Shown: piece by piece, positions 1 to 10,996 of the stretch
How positions within the stretch are numbered: position 1 is the stretch's first letter
Layout: the number at the start of each line of letters is the position of its first letter
Source of the DNA: Hydrogenophaga sp.
Lineage (GTDB): Bacteria; Pseudomonadota; Gammaproteobacteria; Burkholderiales; Burkholderiaceae_C
NCBI RefSeq assembly: GCF_011772445.1
Contig: NZ_WVZN01000017.1
Span: forward strand, 67,622 to 131,621
DNA length: 64,000 nucleotides
Direction of reading: 5' to 3'
Program-made: the position numbers and the translations under genes
Notes under the pieces: generated by a model
What the model was told of the DNA's origin: nothing
Database searches by the model: none
The model's input: the letters and a program-made list of their open reading frames with translations, nothing else

Positions 1-17
1 AGGCAAACACTTTTGGG

Positions 18-497
18 GTGACCCATCCCGCCCCTCAATCCGCTGATCCGTTCGACCAATTGGTCGCCAACGTCATCGCTCTCCGCGCGAAGGGCAACTG
101 GAGCATCCGTGCATTGGCCGAACAAGCGCAGTTGAGCCGGACCTTCGTGGCCAACCTGGAGAAGGGGCGCTCCAAGTTGACCTTGAGTGCCGTCGACAAG
201 ATGGCTGAGGCCTTGGGTGTCACGACCAGTTCGCTTTTCACGGCGAGGCCCGTCACCCGAGATGAGGGCGCCAGCTTGATTGAGGAGGTGCTGGCACTGA
301 ACCTCATGGCAGCGCGGAAGCATCTGAATTTGACCCAGGAGCAGTTGGGTCAGCAGTCCGGCGTCAGCATGTACGTCATCGCCCACATCGAACGTCAGGC
401 GCGAAACCCTTCGCTGCACACGCTCGCCAAGTTGGCTGTGGCGCTGCACCTGTCGCTCGAAGAGCTCCTGTCCGTTCCCCGCCACGCCCCCGAATGA
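18..497 (+). CDS. XRE-family regulator with two tandem Cro/C1-type HTH domains
   Basis: Two repeats of the HTH_3 pattern (LRAKGNWSIRALAEQAQLSRTFVANLEKG; ARKHLNLTQEQLGQQSGVSMYVIAHIERQARNPSL); GTG start. Confidence 0.85.
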   Translation: MTHPAPQSADPFDQLVANVIALRAKGNWSIRALAEQAQLSRTFVANLEKGRSKLTLSAVDKMAEALGVTTSSLFTARPVTRDEGASLIEEVLALNLMAARKHLNLTQEQLGQQSGVSMYVIAHIERQARNPSLHTLAKLAVALHLSLEELLSVPRHAPE

Positions 498-518
498 CGG
501 AGCGCCCACCCGTTCGCC

Positions 519-572
519 GTCAGGCGAGGGGCGCTGCAGTGAAGCCACCCCGGGCACAGCCCCTCGCCTGAC
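519..572. repeat. Perfect 14-bp inverted repeat with 26-nt loop between convergent genes (possible terminator or REP-like element)
   Basis: GTCAGGCGAGGGGC (519-532) and GCCCCTCGCCTGAC (559-572). Confidence 0.7.
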
Positions 573-599
573 ACCCGCCAAACCAGCAGGCACGAAAAA

Positions 600-1025
600 T
601 CAGGACGTCCAGGGCGTCGGCTTCGGAATCTCACAAACCGGATCCACGTCCACCGTCTTGAAATCCGCCGGAGACACGATCTCCAGGTACTCCATGTCCG
701 GCGAGTAGTCGAAGAGAAAGTGCCGCACCCCCGGCCGCTGGTGCACGCAGTCCCCGGCTTCCACCAGCGTCACCTGGTCCTCGTACATGAAGCGCGCCCA
801 GCCCTTGAGCATGATCACGATCTGGAAGTCCGCCTCGTGGCGGTGCCAGCCCGTGCCTTCCTCCGGCGGCAGGTTGGCCTTCACCAGGTGCGCGATCACT
901 TTCCCGTGCGTGGCCTTGGCGATGCCCAGGTCTCGGTAGAGGAAAAAATCGCGCAGGCCGCCGCCCTCGTAGGACGTGTCGGCGGGCTTGACGTGGGAGA
1001 ACAGGGTTCCGGTCCGGTCCAGCAT
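600..1025 (-). CDS. Cupin domain protein
   Basis: Cupin motifs [10 protein letters not shown] and [12 protein letters not shown]; start trimmed to MLDRTG. Confidence 0.85.
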   Translation of the reverse strand: MLDRTGTLFSHVKPADTSYEGGGLRDFFLYRDLGIAKATHGKVIAHLVKANLPPEEGTGWHRHEADFQIVIMLKGWARFMYEDQVTLVEAGDCVHQRPGVRHFLFDYSPDMEYLEIVSPADFKTVDVDPVCEIPKPTPWTS

Positions 1026-1147
1026 GGCGTGCTCCTTTCTGGGGCGTGACAGCAGTGGATTTGCTGCTATGCAGCACGAAGCACGAAGCGTTCCGGTCGG
1101 CACCCCGACCGGGGCCCGCCAGGCCCCTCGCCGATAATCGGCGCCCT

Positions 1148-2248
1148 ATGAGCGGCAACACCCTAGGCACCCTGTTCCGGGTCACGAACTTCGGCGAATC
1201 CCACGGCCCCGCCATCGGCTGCGTCATCGACGGCTGCCCCCCCGGCATGGACCTGTCCGAGGCCGACATCCAGGGCGACCTGGACCGCCGCCGTCCCGGC
1301 ACCAGCAAGTTCGTCACCCAGCGCAACGAGCCCGACACGGTCGAGATCCTCAGCGGCGTGTACGAGGGCAAAACCACCGGCACCCCCATCTGCCTGCTCA
1401 TCCGCAACACCGACCAGCGCAGCAAGGACTACAGCGAGATCGCCAGGACCTTCCGCCCCGGCCACGCCGACTACACCTACTGGCAGAAATACGGCATCCG
1501 CGACCCGCGGGGCGGCGGCCGATCCTCCGCCCGCCTTACCGCCCCTACCGTGGCCGCCGGCGCCGTGGCCAGGAAGTGGCTGGCGCAGAAGTTCGGCACC
1601 AGCTTCCGCGGCTGCATGGTGCAGGTGGGCGAGGTGGTGATTCCCTTCGAGAGCTGGGACCACGTGCCCAACAACCCCTTCTTCGCGCCCGTGGCCGACG
1701 TCTCCGCCATCGAGGACTACATGAACGCCCTGCGCAAGCGCGGCGACTCCTGCGGCGCGCGCCTGCGCGTCACCGCCTCCGGCATGCCCGTGGGCCTGGG
1801 CGAGCCGCTGTACGACCGGCTCGATGCCGACATCGCCCACGCCATGATGGGCATCAACGCGGTGAAGGGCGTGGAGATCGGCGCCGGCTTCGCCAGCGTG
1901 GCCGATTTCGGCAGCACGCACGGCGACAGCCTCACGCCCGAGGGCTTCGCGGCCAACAAGGCTGGCGGCGTGCTCGGCGGCATCAGCACCGGGCAGGACC
2001 TGGAGGTGCAGATCGCCATCAAGCCCACCAGCTCCATCCTGGTGCCGCGCGAGAGCATCGACCTCGCCGGTGCGAGCACCGAAGTCATCACCAAGGGCCG
2101 CCACGACCCCTGCGTGGGCATCCGCGCCACGCCCATCGCCGAGGCCATGCTGGCGCTGGTGGTGATGGACCACGCGCTGCTGCACCGCGCGCAGTGCGGC
2201 GACGTGCGCACCGACACGCCGGACATCGCCGCGCGTGGCCGTGGCTGA
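1148..2248 (+). CDS. aroC: Chorismate synthase
   Basis: [44 protein letters not shown] signatures. Confidence 0.98.
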   Translation: MSGNTLGTLFRVTNFGESHGPAIGCVIDGCPPGMDLSEADIQGDLDRRRPGTSKFVTQRNEPDTVEILSGVYEGKTTGTPICLLIRNTDQRSKDYSEIARTFRPGHADYTYWQKYGIRDPRGGGRSSARLTAPTVAAGAVARKWLAQKFGTSFRGCMVQVGEVVIPFESWDHVPNNPFFAPVADVSAIEDYMNALRKRGDSCGARLRVTASGMPVGLGEPLYDRLDADIAHAMMGINAVKGVEIGAGFASVADFGSTHGDSLTPEGFAANKAGGVLGGISTGQDLEVQIAIKPTSSILVPRESIDLAGASTEVITKGRHDPCVGIRATPIAEAMLALVVMDHALLHRAQCGDVRTDTPDIAARGRG

Positions 2249-3419
2249 ACGCGGCCGGCTGCTGCCTTTCGCCGCGCTCTCGGCGAGCTACTTCGCCCAC
2301 ATCGGCTTCTTCAACCCCTACCTGCCGCTCTGGCTGAAGGACCTGGGCTTCGGCCTGCTGGCCATCGCCGTGCTCACCTCCGTTCAGTCGGCCACGCGCC
2401 TGTTCGCGCCCTACGGCTGGGGTTGGCTGAGCGACCACACCGGTGAGCGCGTGCGCCTGCTGCGCATCGGCGCCGGCGTGGCGCTGTTGTGCTCGCTGGG
2501 TCTGTGGTTCGACTTGAGCGGCCCGGTGCTGTTCGTGGTGCTGCTGCTGATGTTCACCCACACCAGCGGCATGATGCCCATGAGCGAGGCCGTGCTGGCC
2601 CAGCAAGTGAGCCGCAACGGCCGCCTGGACGTGCGCCGCTACGGCCGCGTGCGCGTCTGGGGCTCGTTGGGCTTTCTGATCACGGTGCTGGCGGCGGGCG
2701 CGTGGTTCCAGGCCTTCGGCATGGGCAGCTTCGCCGCCTGGACCAGCTTCAGCCTGGCCGCCGTGGCGCTGAGCACCTGGCTGTTGCCCGACGCGCGTGA
2801 TAGCGCCGCTCACCACGAGAAGGCCGAGCCCATCGGCCCCGTGCTGCGCCAACCACGCATGCGCTGGTTCTTTGCGGCGGTGTTCTTCCACGTGCTCGCG
2901 CATGTCTTCATCTACGTCTTCTTCTCGCTGCACCTGGACGCGCTGGGCTACCCCAAGTCGGCCATCGGGGCTTTCTGGGCGGCCTCGGTGCTGGTGGAGA
3001 TCGGCTGGTTCCTGACGCAGGGGCGCTGGATGCCCGCGCTCAGCCTGCCTGGCTGGCTGGTGCTGGCCGCCGCGCTGATGGCGTTTCGCATGTCGGTCAC
3101 GGCAGGGCTGGCCTCGCTGTGGCCGCTGCTGGCACTGGCGCAGCTGCTGCACGCCATCACCTTCGCGGCGCACCACACGGTGTGCATCGCCTGGATCAGC
3201 GAGCACTTTCCCGGGCGCCTGCGCGGGCGCGGGCAGGCGCTGTACGCGGTACTGGGCTACGGCCTGTCGGGCGTCACGGGTGGGCTGTTGGGCGGGCTGG
3301 TCTCCAGCCGTTTCGGGCTGCCCAGCGTGTTCTGGCTTGCCGCGCTTTGCGGCCTGGCGGCGGTGGTTTGCGCGCTCAGGGTGCGGGCGTTGTCGCGAGC
3401 CAGCGGCGGAAAGGGTTGA
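2235..3419 (+). CDS. MFS transporter (MFS_1_like/HcaT-like)
   Basis: About 12 hydrophobic segments, YLPLWL and GWLSD motifs; overlaps aroC stop. Confidence 0.85.
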   Translation: MAVAERGRLLPFAALSASYFAHIGFFNPYLPLWLKDLGFGLLAIAVLTSVQSATRLFAPYGWGWLSDHTGERVRLLRIGAGVALLCSLGLWFDLSGPVLFVVLLLMFTHTSGMMPMSEAVLAQQVSRNGRLDVRRYGRVRVWGSLGFLITVLAAGAWFQAFGMGSFAAWTSFSLAAVALSTWLLPDARDSAAHHEKAEPIGPVLRQPRMRWFFAAVFFHVLAHVFIYVFFSLHLDALGYPKSAIGAFWAASVLVEIGWFLTQGRWMPALSLPGWLVLAAALMAFRMSVTAGLASLWPLLALAQLLHAITFAAHHTVCIAWISEHFPGRLRGRGQALYAVLGYGLSGVTGGLLGGLVSSRFGLPSVFWLAALCGLAAVVCALRVRALSRASGGKG

Positions 3420-4266
3420 AGCCCGTCACCAGCCCGGTGGCCACCAGCACCAGCGCGCCGCCGAGGAACAGGCCGCTGGAGAGTTCTTCGCCCAGGAAGA
3501 CGTGGCCCCAGGTGACGCCGAAGATCGGGATCATGAAGGCCGGGCTGATGGCCGCCACGGGTGAGACGTGCCGGAGCACGCGCAGGTGGATCCAGTGCGC
3601 CAGGCCCGAGGTGACCAGCCCCAGCACGGCCAGCGCGGCCACGGCCTGCGGGGTGAAACTGGCCTGCGGCCAGGCCCAGATCGCGCCCGGCGCCAGGAAC
3701 AGCGCGGCCGTGGCGTGAATGCCGGTGGCGATGGCCAGGGGCTCCATGCGCGTGGTGGCGCGCTTCATGAGCGGCGTGGAACAACCGTAGCAGGCCGAGG
3801 CGAAGATGCAGGCCAGCACCGCCGCGATGGTGGGCGCGTCGAGCTGCACCGGCCCCAGTTGCACCACCAGGCCCACGCCGATGAAGCCCAGCACGCAGCC
3901 GGCCACCTTGTGCGGCGTGAGCGTGTCCTCCTTCGTCCAGGCCGCGGCCAGGGTGCCGAACAGCACCGCCGTGGTGTTGAGCAGGGCGCTGTAGCCGGCG
4001 GGCAGGTACAGCAGCGCCCAGGCGTAGAGCAGGAAGGGCATCACCACCGTGAGCAGGCCCAGCAGCATCAGCTCGCGCCAGTGGCGCCAGGGCCAGTGCT
4101 GGCGCAGCAGGCGCATGACCAGCGTCAGCGTGACCATGGCCAGGGCCACGCGCAGCCCCGCGAGCGGCAGCGGCGTGAGCGCCGGGCTGGCGATGCGCAG
4201 GAACAGGAAGGAGGAACCCCAGAGCGCCGACAAGCCGACGAGCTGGGCGAAGTGGCGGGTCTTCAC
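3376..4266 (-). CDS. DMT/EamA family transporter
   Basis: LWGSSFLF start, two EamA-like hydrophobic halves; GTG overlaps aroQ stop. Confidence 0.9.
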   Translation of the reverse strand: MKTRHFAQLVGLSALWGSSFLFLRIASPALTPLPLAGLRVALAMVTLTLVMRLLRQHWPWRHWRELMLLGLLTVVMPFLLYAWALLYLPAGYSALLNTTAVLFGTLAAAWTKEDTLTPHKVAGCVLGFIGVGLVVQLGPVQLDAPTIAAVLACIFASACYGCSTPLMKRATTRMEPLAIATGIHATAALFLAPGAIWAWPQASFTPQAVAALAVLGLVTSGLAHWIHLRVLRHVSPVAAISPAFMIPIFGVTWGHVFLGEELSSGLFLGGALVLVATGLVTGFNPFRRWLATTPAP

Positions 4267-4718
4267 CGGCCGGCCTTGCGGACCAGCCCGTCGATCGCGA
4301 GTTCGTAGCCCGCGACCCCAAAGCCCACCACGATGCCCGCCGCCACCGGCGAGATGCAGGAGTGGTGCCGGAAGGCCTCGCGCGCGTGCACGTTGGAGAT
4401 GTGCACTTCCATCACCGGCAGCGGTGCGACGCCCGCGATGGCGTCGTGCAGCGCGATGGAGGTGTGGGTGTAGGCGCCGGGGTTCATCACCACGCCCAGC
4501 AGCTCACCGGCCTTGAAGCGCCGGCCCGCCGCGTGGATGGCATCGATCAGCGCACCCTCGTGGTTGCTTTGCAGTGCCTCCAGTGTGTGGCCCAGGCGCT
4601 CGGCGGCTGCGCGGCAACTGGCCTCCACGTCGGCCAGGGTGGCGGCGCCATAGGTGCCCGGCTCGCGCGTGCCGAGCAGGTTCAGGTTGGGGCCGTTGAG
4701 CAGCAGGATGGCGGGCAT
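4263..4718 (-). CDS. aroQ: Type II 3-dehydroquinate dehydratase
   Basis: [40 protein letters not shown] motifs. Confidence 0.97.
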   Translation of the reverse strand: MPAILLLNGPNLNLLGTREPGTYGAATLADVEASCRAAAERLGHTLEALQSNHEGALIDAIHAAGRRFKAGELLGVVMNPGAYTHTSIALHDAIAGVAPLPVMEVHISNVHAREAFRHHSCISPVAAGIVVGFGVAGYELAIDGLVRKAGR

Positions 4719-4749
4719 GGGGGCGTCTCCCTGTGTTGTTCCGTCAACT

Positions 4750-5571
4750 TTAAACCAGTGGCACCGACAGCCGGGCGATCACCTCCCGCGTGTCCGGCCG
4801 CACGCCGCGCCACCATGCGAAGGCCTCGGCCGCCTGCTCCACCAGCATGCCCACGCCATCGGCCAGGGCCGTCACGCCCGCCTCTCGCGCCTGCCGAAGA
4901 AATGGGGTCAGACCCCGTCCGTACACCATGTCGTAGGCGAGCGCGCCCGGTGCGAAAAGGCCGGCCGGCAGGGGCAGGGATTCGCCCACGAGGCCGCTGG
5001 AGGTGGCGTTGATGATCACGTCGAAAGACTCGCCCGCGAGTTCGGCGTAGCCGCCGCTCTGTATCGAGGCGTGTGCCGCGAAGTCGCCGCGCAGCGCATG
5101 CGCCTTGTCGGCAGTGCGGTTGGCCACGGCCAGCACGGCGGGCCCCTGCTGCGCGATGGGCAGCAGCGCACCGCGCGTGGCACCGCCCGCACCCAGCAGC
5201 AGCACGCGCCGGCCCTTGAGCGCATGGCCGAGGTTGCGCTGGACATCGTTGACGAGGCCGACACCGTCGAAGTTCTCGGCGAACACCCGCTCGCCGTCGA
5301 AGCGAAGCGCGTTGGCCGCGCCGGCCAGGCGCGCGGCCTCGCTCGGGTCAGTGGCGAATTCGCAGGCCTGCAGCTTGAAGGGCAGGGTGACGTTCACCCC
5401 GCGCCCGCCCTGTTCGCGAAAGGCGCGCACCGTGGCCGCAAAGCCGTCCAGCGGCGCCTCGATGGCGGTGTAGGCGATGTCCTGCCCCGTGGCCTGGGCG
5501 AAGGCGGTGTGGATCTGCGGGGACTTGCTGTGCGAGATCGGGTGGCCGATGACGGCGTAGCGGTCGGTCAT
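4750..5571 (-). CDS. aroE: Shikimate dehydrogenase
   Basis: [41 protein letters not shown]; start trimmed to MTDRYAV. Confidence 0.96.
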   Translation of the reverse strand: MTDRYAVIGHPISHSKSPQIHTAFAQATGQDIAYTAIEAPLDGFAATVRAFREQGGRGVNVTLPFKLQACEFATDPSEAARLAGAANALRFDGERVFAENFDGVGLVNDVQRNLGHALKGRRVLLLGAGGATRGALLPIAQQGPAVLAVANRTADKAHALRGDFAAHASIQSGGYAELAGESFDVIINATSSGLVGESLPLPAGLFAPGALAYDMVYGRGLTPFLRQAREAGVTALADGVGMLVEQAAEAFAWWRGVRPDTREVIARLSVPLV

Positions 5572-5647
5572 GGGAGGGCTTGTGGCGGGCAGGGTCTTGG
5601 GGGCGTCGGGCATTGTCTCGCAGCGGCCGGCGGGACAATGCCGCCCC

Positions 5648-6313
5648 ATGAACACCCCACGCCTCAAAATCGATTTCGTCTCGGATGTGTCCTGCCCCTG
5701 GTGCGCCATCGGCCTGGGCGGGCTGCAGCAGGCCTTGCGCCGGCTCGACGGCGAGGTCGCCGCCGACATCAGCTTCCAGCCCTTCGAGCTCAACCCGCAG
5801 ATGGGCGCGCAGGGCCAGGACATCGGCGAGCACCTGACCGAGAAGTACGGCAGCACGCCGGAGCAGCAGGCGAAGATCCGCGAGACCATCGCCGCGCGCG
5901 GGGCCGAGGTGGGATTCACCTTCAACCCGGCCGGGCGTGGCCGCATCTGGAACACCTTCGACGCGCACCGCCTGCTGCACTGGGCGGCCGAAGAGGGCGC
6001 CCCCGGCCAGCAAGCGGCCTTGAAACAGGCGCTGCTGGCCGCCTGCCACACGCGCAGCGAGGCCATGGGGCACCACGACGTGCTGCTGGCCTGTGTGCGC
6101 GAGGCCGGGCTGGACGAAGCGCGTGCCCAGGCCATTCTGGCCAGCGACGAGTTCGCGCAGGAGGTGCGCGAGCGTGAGCAGTTCTACCTGTCGCACGGCA
6201 TCCATTCGGTGCCGGCGGTGATCATCAACGACCGACACCTCATCTCGGGTGGGCAGCCGGCGGCGGTGTTCGAGCAGGCGCTGCGGCAGATCGCGGCCGC
6301 TCAGGCGGGCTGA
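5648..6313 (+). CDS. DsbA-family (FrnE-like) oxidoreductase
   Basis: DFVSDVSCPWC, FQPFELNP, GIHSVPAVIIND. Confidence 0.9.
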   Translation: MNTPRLKIDFVSDVSCPWCAIGLGGLQQALRRLDGEVAADISFQPFELNPQMGAQGQDIGEHLTEKYGSTPEQQAKIRETIAARGAEVGFTFNPAGRGRIWNTFDAHRLLHWAAEEGAPGQQAALKQALLAACHTRSEAMGHHDVLLACVREAGLDEARAQAILASDEFAQEVREREQFYLSHGIHSVPAVIINDRHLISGGQPAAVFEQALRQIAAAQAG

Positions 6314-6328
6314 TCGGCCGGGCGCCGC

Positions 6329-7435
6329 TCAAGCCAGCGGCGGCGCGCGGCCGTCGCCCGCGGCGCCCTCCGCGGGCGCCGGGTCCACCGCCACTTCGGC
6401 GCGCAGGCGCGGCAGGTATTGCGGGTACTCGCGCTGCAGGAAGTCCACCAGCTTCTCGCGAACCTCGCAGCGCAGGTCCCAGGCCGCGCCTGCCGAGGCG
6501 GCGGTCACCAGGCAGCGCAATTGCAAGGCACGCTCGCCGGCCTCCGTCACCTGCAACAGGCACAGGCGCTTGTCCCAGTGCGCGGAGGCCTCGCAGATGC
6601 GCTGCAAGGCCTCGCGCAGCGGGGCCAGCGGCGTGCGGTAGTCCACCCACAGGAACACCGTGCCGATGAGTTCGGACGTGGTGCGCGTCCAGTTCTGGAA
6701 GGGCTTCTCGATCCAGTACTGCAGCGGCACCACCAGGCGGCGCTGGTCCCAGATGCGCACCACCACGTAGGTGCCGGTGATCTCCTCGATCACGCCCCAT
6801 TCGCCTTCGACGATGACCACGTCGTCCAGGCGGATCGGCTGGCTCAGGCCGATCTGCAGGCCCGCGATGAGATTGCCCAGCACGGGGCGCGCAGCGAAAC
6901 CCGCGACCAGGCCGGCCAGCCCGGCCGAGGCCAGCAGGCTGGTGCCGATCTGACGCGCCTGCGGAAAGGTCATCAGCATCAGCGACAGTCCGATCAGCCA
7001 CACCAGGCCCTGCAGCGTGCGCGCCAGCACCCGCGTCTGCGTCTGGATGCGGCGCGCTTCCAGGTTGTCGGCAACGGTGGTGGGGTTCGCATCGATCACG
7101 CCCTGTGCCACGCCGCGCACGGCGTTGGACACCAGCCAGGTCAGCGCGCCGATCAGCAGCAGGGCACAGAGCTGCTGGGCCATGCCCAGGCCCGGCGTCT
7201 CGGCCGGCGTGCCTTGCAGCACGGCGTTGATGGGCAACAGCGGCAGGCCCCATTGCGCTGGCGCGCGGATGGCCCGGGCCACGCTGGCCGCCACGGGCGC
7301 GTCGCGCGTGGCGCGGCGCACGATGCGCTCGCCGATGCGAAAGCCCAGGCCCGCGATCAGCACGCCGATGAGCATGCTGCCCAGCGAGGGCAGCCAGGCC
7401 AGGAAGGGGGCGGGCAACCAGTTCAGTGCGTCCAT
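6329..7435 (-). CDS. Small-conductance mechanosensitive channel (MscS family)
   Basis: GTSLLASAGLAGLVAGFAARPVLGNLIAG, IRLDDVVIVEGEWGVIEEI. Confidence 0.9.
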   Translation of the reverse strand: MDALNWLPAPFLAWLPSLGSMLIGVLIAGLGFRIGERIVRRATRDAPVAASVARAIRAPAQWGLPLLPINAVLQGTPAETPGLGMAQQLCALLLIGALTWLVSNAVRGVAQGVIDANPTTVADNLEARRIQTQTRVLARTLQGLVWLIGLSLMLMTFPQARQIGTSLLASAGLAGLVAGFAARPVLGNLIAGLQIGLSQPIRLDDVVIVEGEWGVIEEITGTYVVVRIWDQRRLVVPLQYWIEKPFQNWTRTTSELIGTVFLWVDYRTPLAPLREALQRICEASAHWDKRLCLLQVTEAGERALQLRCLVTAASAGAAWDLRCEVREKLVDFLQREYPQYLPRLRAEVAVDPAPAEGAAGDGRAPPLA

Positions 7436-7529
7436 GCGTGGGCAGGGTAACCAGCGAACCAAATCGCACGCAAGCCTGGGTGCTTTGAAAACCGCAGCAC
7501 ACGCGCGGTGTGCCGCGGGCGCGGTGCCG

Positions 7530-7772
7530 TCAGCGGCCCAGTTGCACCAGCGCGGCCTGCAGGCCCGCGAGGCCGCCGACGCGCTGGTCGTTGATGAAGA
7601 TCTGCGGCATCTGGCGCACCGAGGGACCGCACTTCTCGAAGAAGGCGAGGCGCTCGGCCTCGTCGTCGATGCGGATCTCCTCGAAGTCCATGGAGCGGGA
7701 CTTCAGCAGCATCTTGGCGGATTCGCACTGCGGGCAGGCGGACTTGGAATAGACGGTGATCTTGAGGCTCAT
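7530..7772 (-). CDS. Glutaredoxin (GrxC-like)
   Basis: CPQC active site, MPQIFIND, VGG. Confidence 0.9.
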   Translation of the reverse strand: MSLKITVYSKSACPQCESAKMLLKSRSMDFEEIRIDDEAERLAFFEKCGPSVRQMPQIFINDQRVGGLAGLQAALVQLGR

Positions 7773-7898
7773 GGGGAGCAAGTGTAGGGCCCGGGCACGC
7801 GATGTGCTTTGAGTGAAGCGGCCCGAGACGCTTGCAGCGGGCCGTTCCGTCGTTGGGCCAGAGGCTCATCTCTCCACACAACAATCGTCTCCAATTCC

Positions 7899-8903
7899 AT
7901 GAACCAAATGAACAAGCGCTTTCAAAAGCGCAGCATGCTCGCCATTGCCTTGTTGGGCCTGACCGCTCTTGGTGCAAACGCCCAGAGCGCGGTGCAGGTC
8001 TACGGTCTCGTCGACATGAGCGTCGGTTCGACCAAGAACCCGGGCGGCACATCCATCAGCGGCGTGGACAGCGGCAAGATGACCACCAGCTATTTCGGCT
8101 TCAGTGGCACGGAAGACCTGGGCGGCGGCCTGTCGGCGCAGTTCCGCATCGAGTCCTTCATGCGCGCGGACGTTGGCGAGGCCGGCCGCTTCGGCGGTGA
8201 CCCCTTCTTCGCGCGCACGTCGTCCGTCAGCCTGGCGCACAAGGAATACGGCACGCTGAGTTTCGGCCGCAACACCACGCAGCTTTTCGTCTCCACGCTG
8301 ATGTTCAACGCCTTCGGCGACTCCTTCGGTTACTCGCCCAGCATCCGCCACTACTTCGCGGGCGGGCAGGGCGCGGTCACGGGCGACACGGGCTGGAGCG
8401 ACGCGATCGCCTACGCCAGCCCCAGTCTGGGCGGTTTCCGCTTCGGCGCCAGCTCGGCTTTCAAGGAAGGCAGCAACGGCGGCAACTGGAGCGCGGGCCT
8501 GAGCTACGCGGGCGGCCCGCTGGCGGTGACCGCGGTGCATCAGACCGTGAAGAAGGACGCGGCCGCACCGGTGCAGGACACCGAAACCACCCAGTTCGGT
8601 GCGTCCTGGGACTTCGGCGTGCTCAAGGCCTTCCTGCAGTACGGCGAGGTGAAGAACGAGACCACCAACAACAAGACCGACATCACCGGTCTGGGCGCGC
8701 GCGTGCCGCTGGGCGCGGGCGCCTTCGTCGCCCAGTACGGCACCATGGACCCGCGCGTGGGCGCCGAGCGCAAGACCCTGTCGCTGGGCTACCTCTACAA
8801 CCTCTCTCGCCGCACCGAGCTGTACGCCGTGGCCATGAGCGACAAGGTCGACGGCCTGTCGAGCGGCAACGGCTATTCGCTGGGCATTCGGCACCGCTTC
8901 TGA
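7899..8903 (+). CDS. Gram-negative porin
   Basis: Signal peptide, VQVYGLVD, GTEDLGGGL, C-terminal GIRHRF; start may be 7908. Confidence 0.92.
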   Translation: MNQMNKRFQKRSMLAIALLGLTALGANAQSAVQVYGLVDMSVGSTKNPGGTSISGVDSGKMTTSYFGFSGTEDLGGGLSAQFRIESFMRADVGEAGRFGGDPFFARTSSVSLAHKEYGTLSFGRNTTQLFVSTLMFNAFGDSFGYSPSIRHYFAGGQGAVTGDTGWSDAIAYASPSLGGFRFGASSAFKEGSNGGNWSAGLSYAGGPLAVTAVHQTVKKDAAAPVQDTETTQFGASWDFGVLKAFLQYGEVKNETTNNKTDITGLGARVPLGAGAFVAQYGTMDPRVGAERKTLSLGYLYNLSRRTELYAVAMSDKVDGLSSGNGYSLGIRHRF

Positions 8904-8912
8904 TCGGTGCGC

Positions 8913-9914
8913 TCAAGCCGCCGCCTGCGCCCTTCGCCAGGCCGCGGGCGGCTGCCCGGTCATGCGCTTGAAGGCGCGCGCAAAAGCCGCCTCGGATTCG
9001 TAGCCCACGTCCTGAGCAATGGTGGCCACCTTGGCCTGGCCCTGCCGCAACAGGCTGGCGCCCAATTGCATGCGCCAGTTGGCGAGGTACTGCATGGGCG
9101 CCTGGCCGGTGAGTTCGACGAAGCGCTCGTGCAGGGTCGATCGCGACAGGCCCACCTGGTGGCTCAGGTCCTCCACGCTCCACGGGTCGGCCGGGCGCTC
9201 GTGCAGCAGGCGGATGGCCTGGCCCACATGCCGGTCGCGCAGCGCGCCCAGCCAGCCGGCGCTGCCCGGCGGCAAGCCGTCGAGGTAGCGGCGCGCGGCG
9301 TCCACGAACACGAATTCGCTGGCGCGCTCCAGCACGGCCGCGCTGCCCGCGCGGTGCTCGCGGGACTCGGCCACGGCCTGGTCGAGCAGTTGCATGGTCC
9401 ACGGGCCCAGCTCACCCGCCTTCAGGTGCATCACCGGCGGCAGGGCATTCACCAGCGGGTTGAAAGGTCGTGTGTCGCAGGCCACGAAGCCACACACCAC
9501 CACGGTGCGCGCGTCGTCTGCCGGACCGGGTGAGCCGGGGCGCAGCACCCCGCGGTGGTAGGCCACGGCAATGGGTTTGGGGTCGTTGCGGGTGGTGAAG
9601 CGCCAGTCGCTGTCGTCGGCCTGGGCGCGCAGGCCGGGCGCACTGGAGAGCACGTGCAGGTCCCCGCGCGGGAACATCACGATGTCGCCTTCGCTCATGC
9701 GCACCGGGGGCACGCCGTCCACGGCGGCCCAGCCTTCGCCGCGCACGAACAGGTGGTAAGCGAGCACGTGGTCGGCGCCGGGCATGAGGGCGCTGGCCAG
9801 CAGCGGCGAGGCGGGGGTCTCGGCCGCCCAGTCGCCGTTGAAGCTGACGTAGTAGAAGACCGCGCCGCGCAGGCGCACGCTGCGAAGCACATCGGACAAG
9901 GGGTCGTGGCTCAC
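8913..9914 (-). CDS. AraC-family regulator with Cupin_6 N-terminal domain
   Basis: DPLSDVL start, WSVEDL..GLSRST and VGYESEAAFARAFKR HTH motifs; GTG start inferred. Confidence 0.9.
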   Translation of the reverse strand: MSHDPLSDVLRSVRLRGAVFYYVSFNGDWAAETPASPLLASALMPGADHVLAYHLFVRGEGWAAVDGVPPVRMSEGDIVMFPRGDLHVLSSAPGLRAQADDSDWRFTTRNDPKPIAVAYHRGVLRPGSPGPADDARTVVVCGFVACDTRPFNPLVNALPPVMHLKAGELGPWTMQLLDQAVAESREHRAGSAAVLERASEFVFVDAARRYLDGLPPGSAGWLGALRDRHVGQAIRLLHERPADPWSVEDLSHQVGLSRSTLHERFVELTGQAPMQYLANWRMQLGASLLRQGQAKVATIAQDVGYESEAAFARAFKRMTGQPPAAWRRAQAAA

Positions 9915-10116
9915 GGGGACCTCCGCGCGGCGGCTGGGGTGGTGTGAGCCCGTTGCAGCGTCCCCGCCGGGCCCACGGCGGTTCGGCGGACGCGCGAGCA
10001 AATTTGCCCGACGCCGGGGAAAGCGTCAACGGGCGCGAATTCGAAGAATCACCTCCATCGGCGCAAACCCGGCCGATACCCCGATCCGACCATCCCCCAG
10101 ACTGAGGAGCTTTCCC

Positions 10117-10941
10117 GTGAACGCCGTCATCGACACCCCCGCCCCCGACTTCACCGCCATCAAGCTGCGCCAGCAGGCCACCTGGGCCAGCGGCGACTAC
10201 GCCGCCATCGGCACCACCTTGCAGATCGTCGGCGAGACGCTCGCCGAAGCCGCCGACGTGCGCGCCGACGAGGCCCTGCTCGACGTGGCCGCTGGCAACG
10301 GCAACGCCACCCTGGCCGCCGCGCGCCGCCACGCGAAGGTCACCTCCACCGACTATGTGCAGTCCCTGCTCGACAAGGGACGGGCGCGCGCCCAGGCGGA
10401 GGGCCTGAACGTGCAGTTTCAGACCGCCGACGCCGAGGCGCTGCCCTTCGGCGACGCGAGCTTCGACGTGGTGTTGTCCACCTTCGGCGTGATGTTCACG
10501 CCCGATCACCAGCAAGCCGCCAGCGAGATGCTGCGTGTGACCCGCCCCGGGGGCCGCATCGCCCTGGCCAACTGGACGCCGGCCGGCTTCATCGGCCGCC
10601 TGTTCAAGGTGATCGGCGCGCACGTGCCGCCGCCTGCGGGTGTGCAGCCGCCCTCGCTGTGGGGCACCGAGCCGCACATCGTGGAGCTCTTCGGCGCGCA
10701 GGCGGCGAACATCCGCTGCGAGCGTCGGCACTTCAACTTCCGCTACCGCTCGGCGGCGCACTGGGTGCAGGTGTTCCGCGAGCTGTACGGTCCCACGCAC
10801 AAGGCCTTTGCCGCGCTGGACGCCGCGGGCGCTGCCTCGCTGGAACGCGGGATCACCGCGCTGCTTGACGAACTCAACACCGCACCGGGGTCGCTGGTGG
10901 TGCCCAGCGAGTACTTCGAAGTCGTGATCACCAGGGCCTGA
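10117..10941 (+). CDS. Class I SAM-dependent methyltransferase
   Basis: LLDVAAGNG motif I, DAEALPFGDASFDVV, RVTRPGG. Confidence 0.92.
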   Translation: MNAVIDTPAPDFTAIKLRQQATWASGDYAAIGTTLQIVGETLAEAADVRADEALLDVAAGNGNATLAAARRHAKVTSTDYVQSLLDKGRARAQAEGLNVQFQTADAEALPFGDASFDVVLSTFGVMFTPDHQQAASEMLRVTRPGGRIALANWTPAGFIGRLFKVIGAHVPPPAGVQPPSLWGTEPHIVELFGAQAANIRCERRHFNFRYRSAAHWVQVFRELYGPTHKAFAALDAAGAASLERGITALLDELNTAPGSLVVPSEYFEVVITRA

Positions 10942-10996
10942 TCGACTGGCCGAACGCTGCACAAGGCCCCGCCGCGCGGGGCCTCAGGAGACCGAC

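Noticed and set aside
3376-3419. 44-nt convergent overlap of the MFS and DMT 3' ends
   Set aside because: Short tail-to-tail overlaps are common in high-GC genomes, and there is no evidence for antisense regulation.
5572-6135. Apparent N-terminal extension of aroE (461-aa ORF)
   Set aside because: Antisense to the DsbA-family gene; AroE motifs start at 5571.
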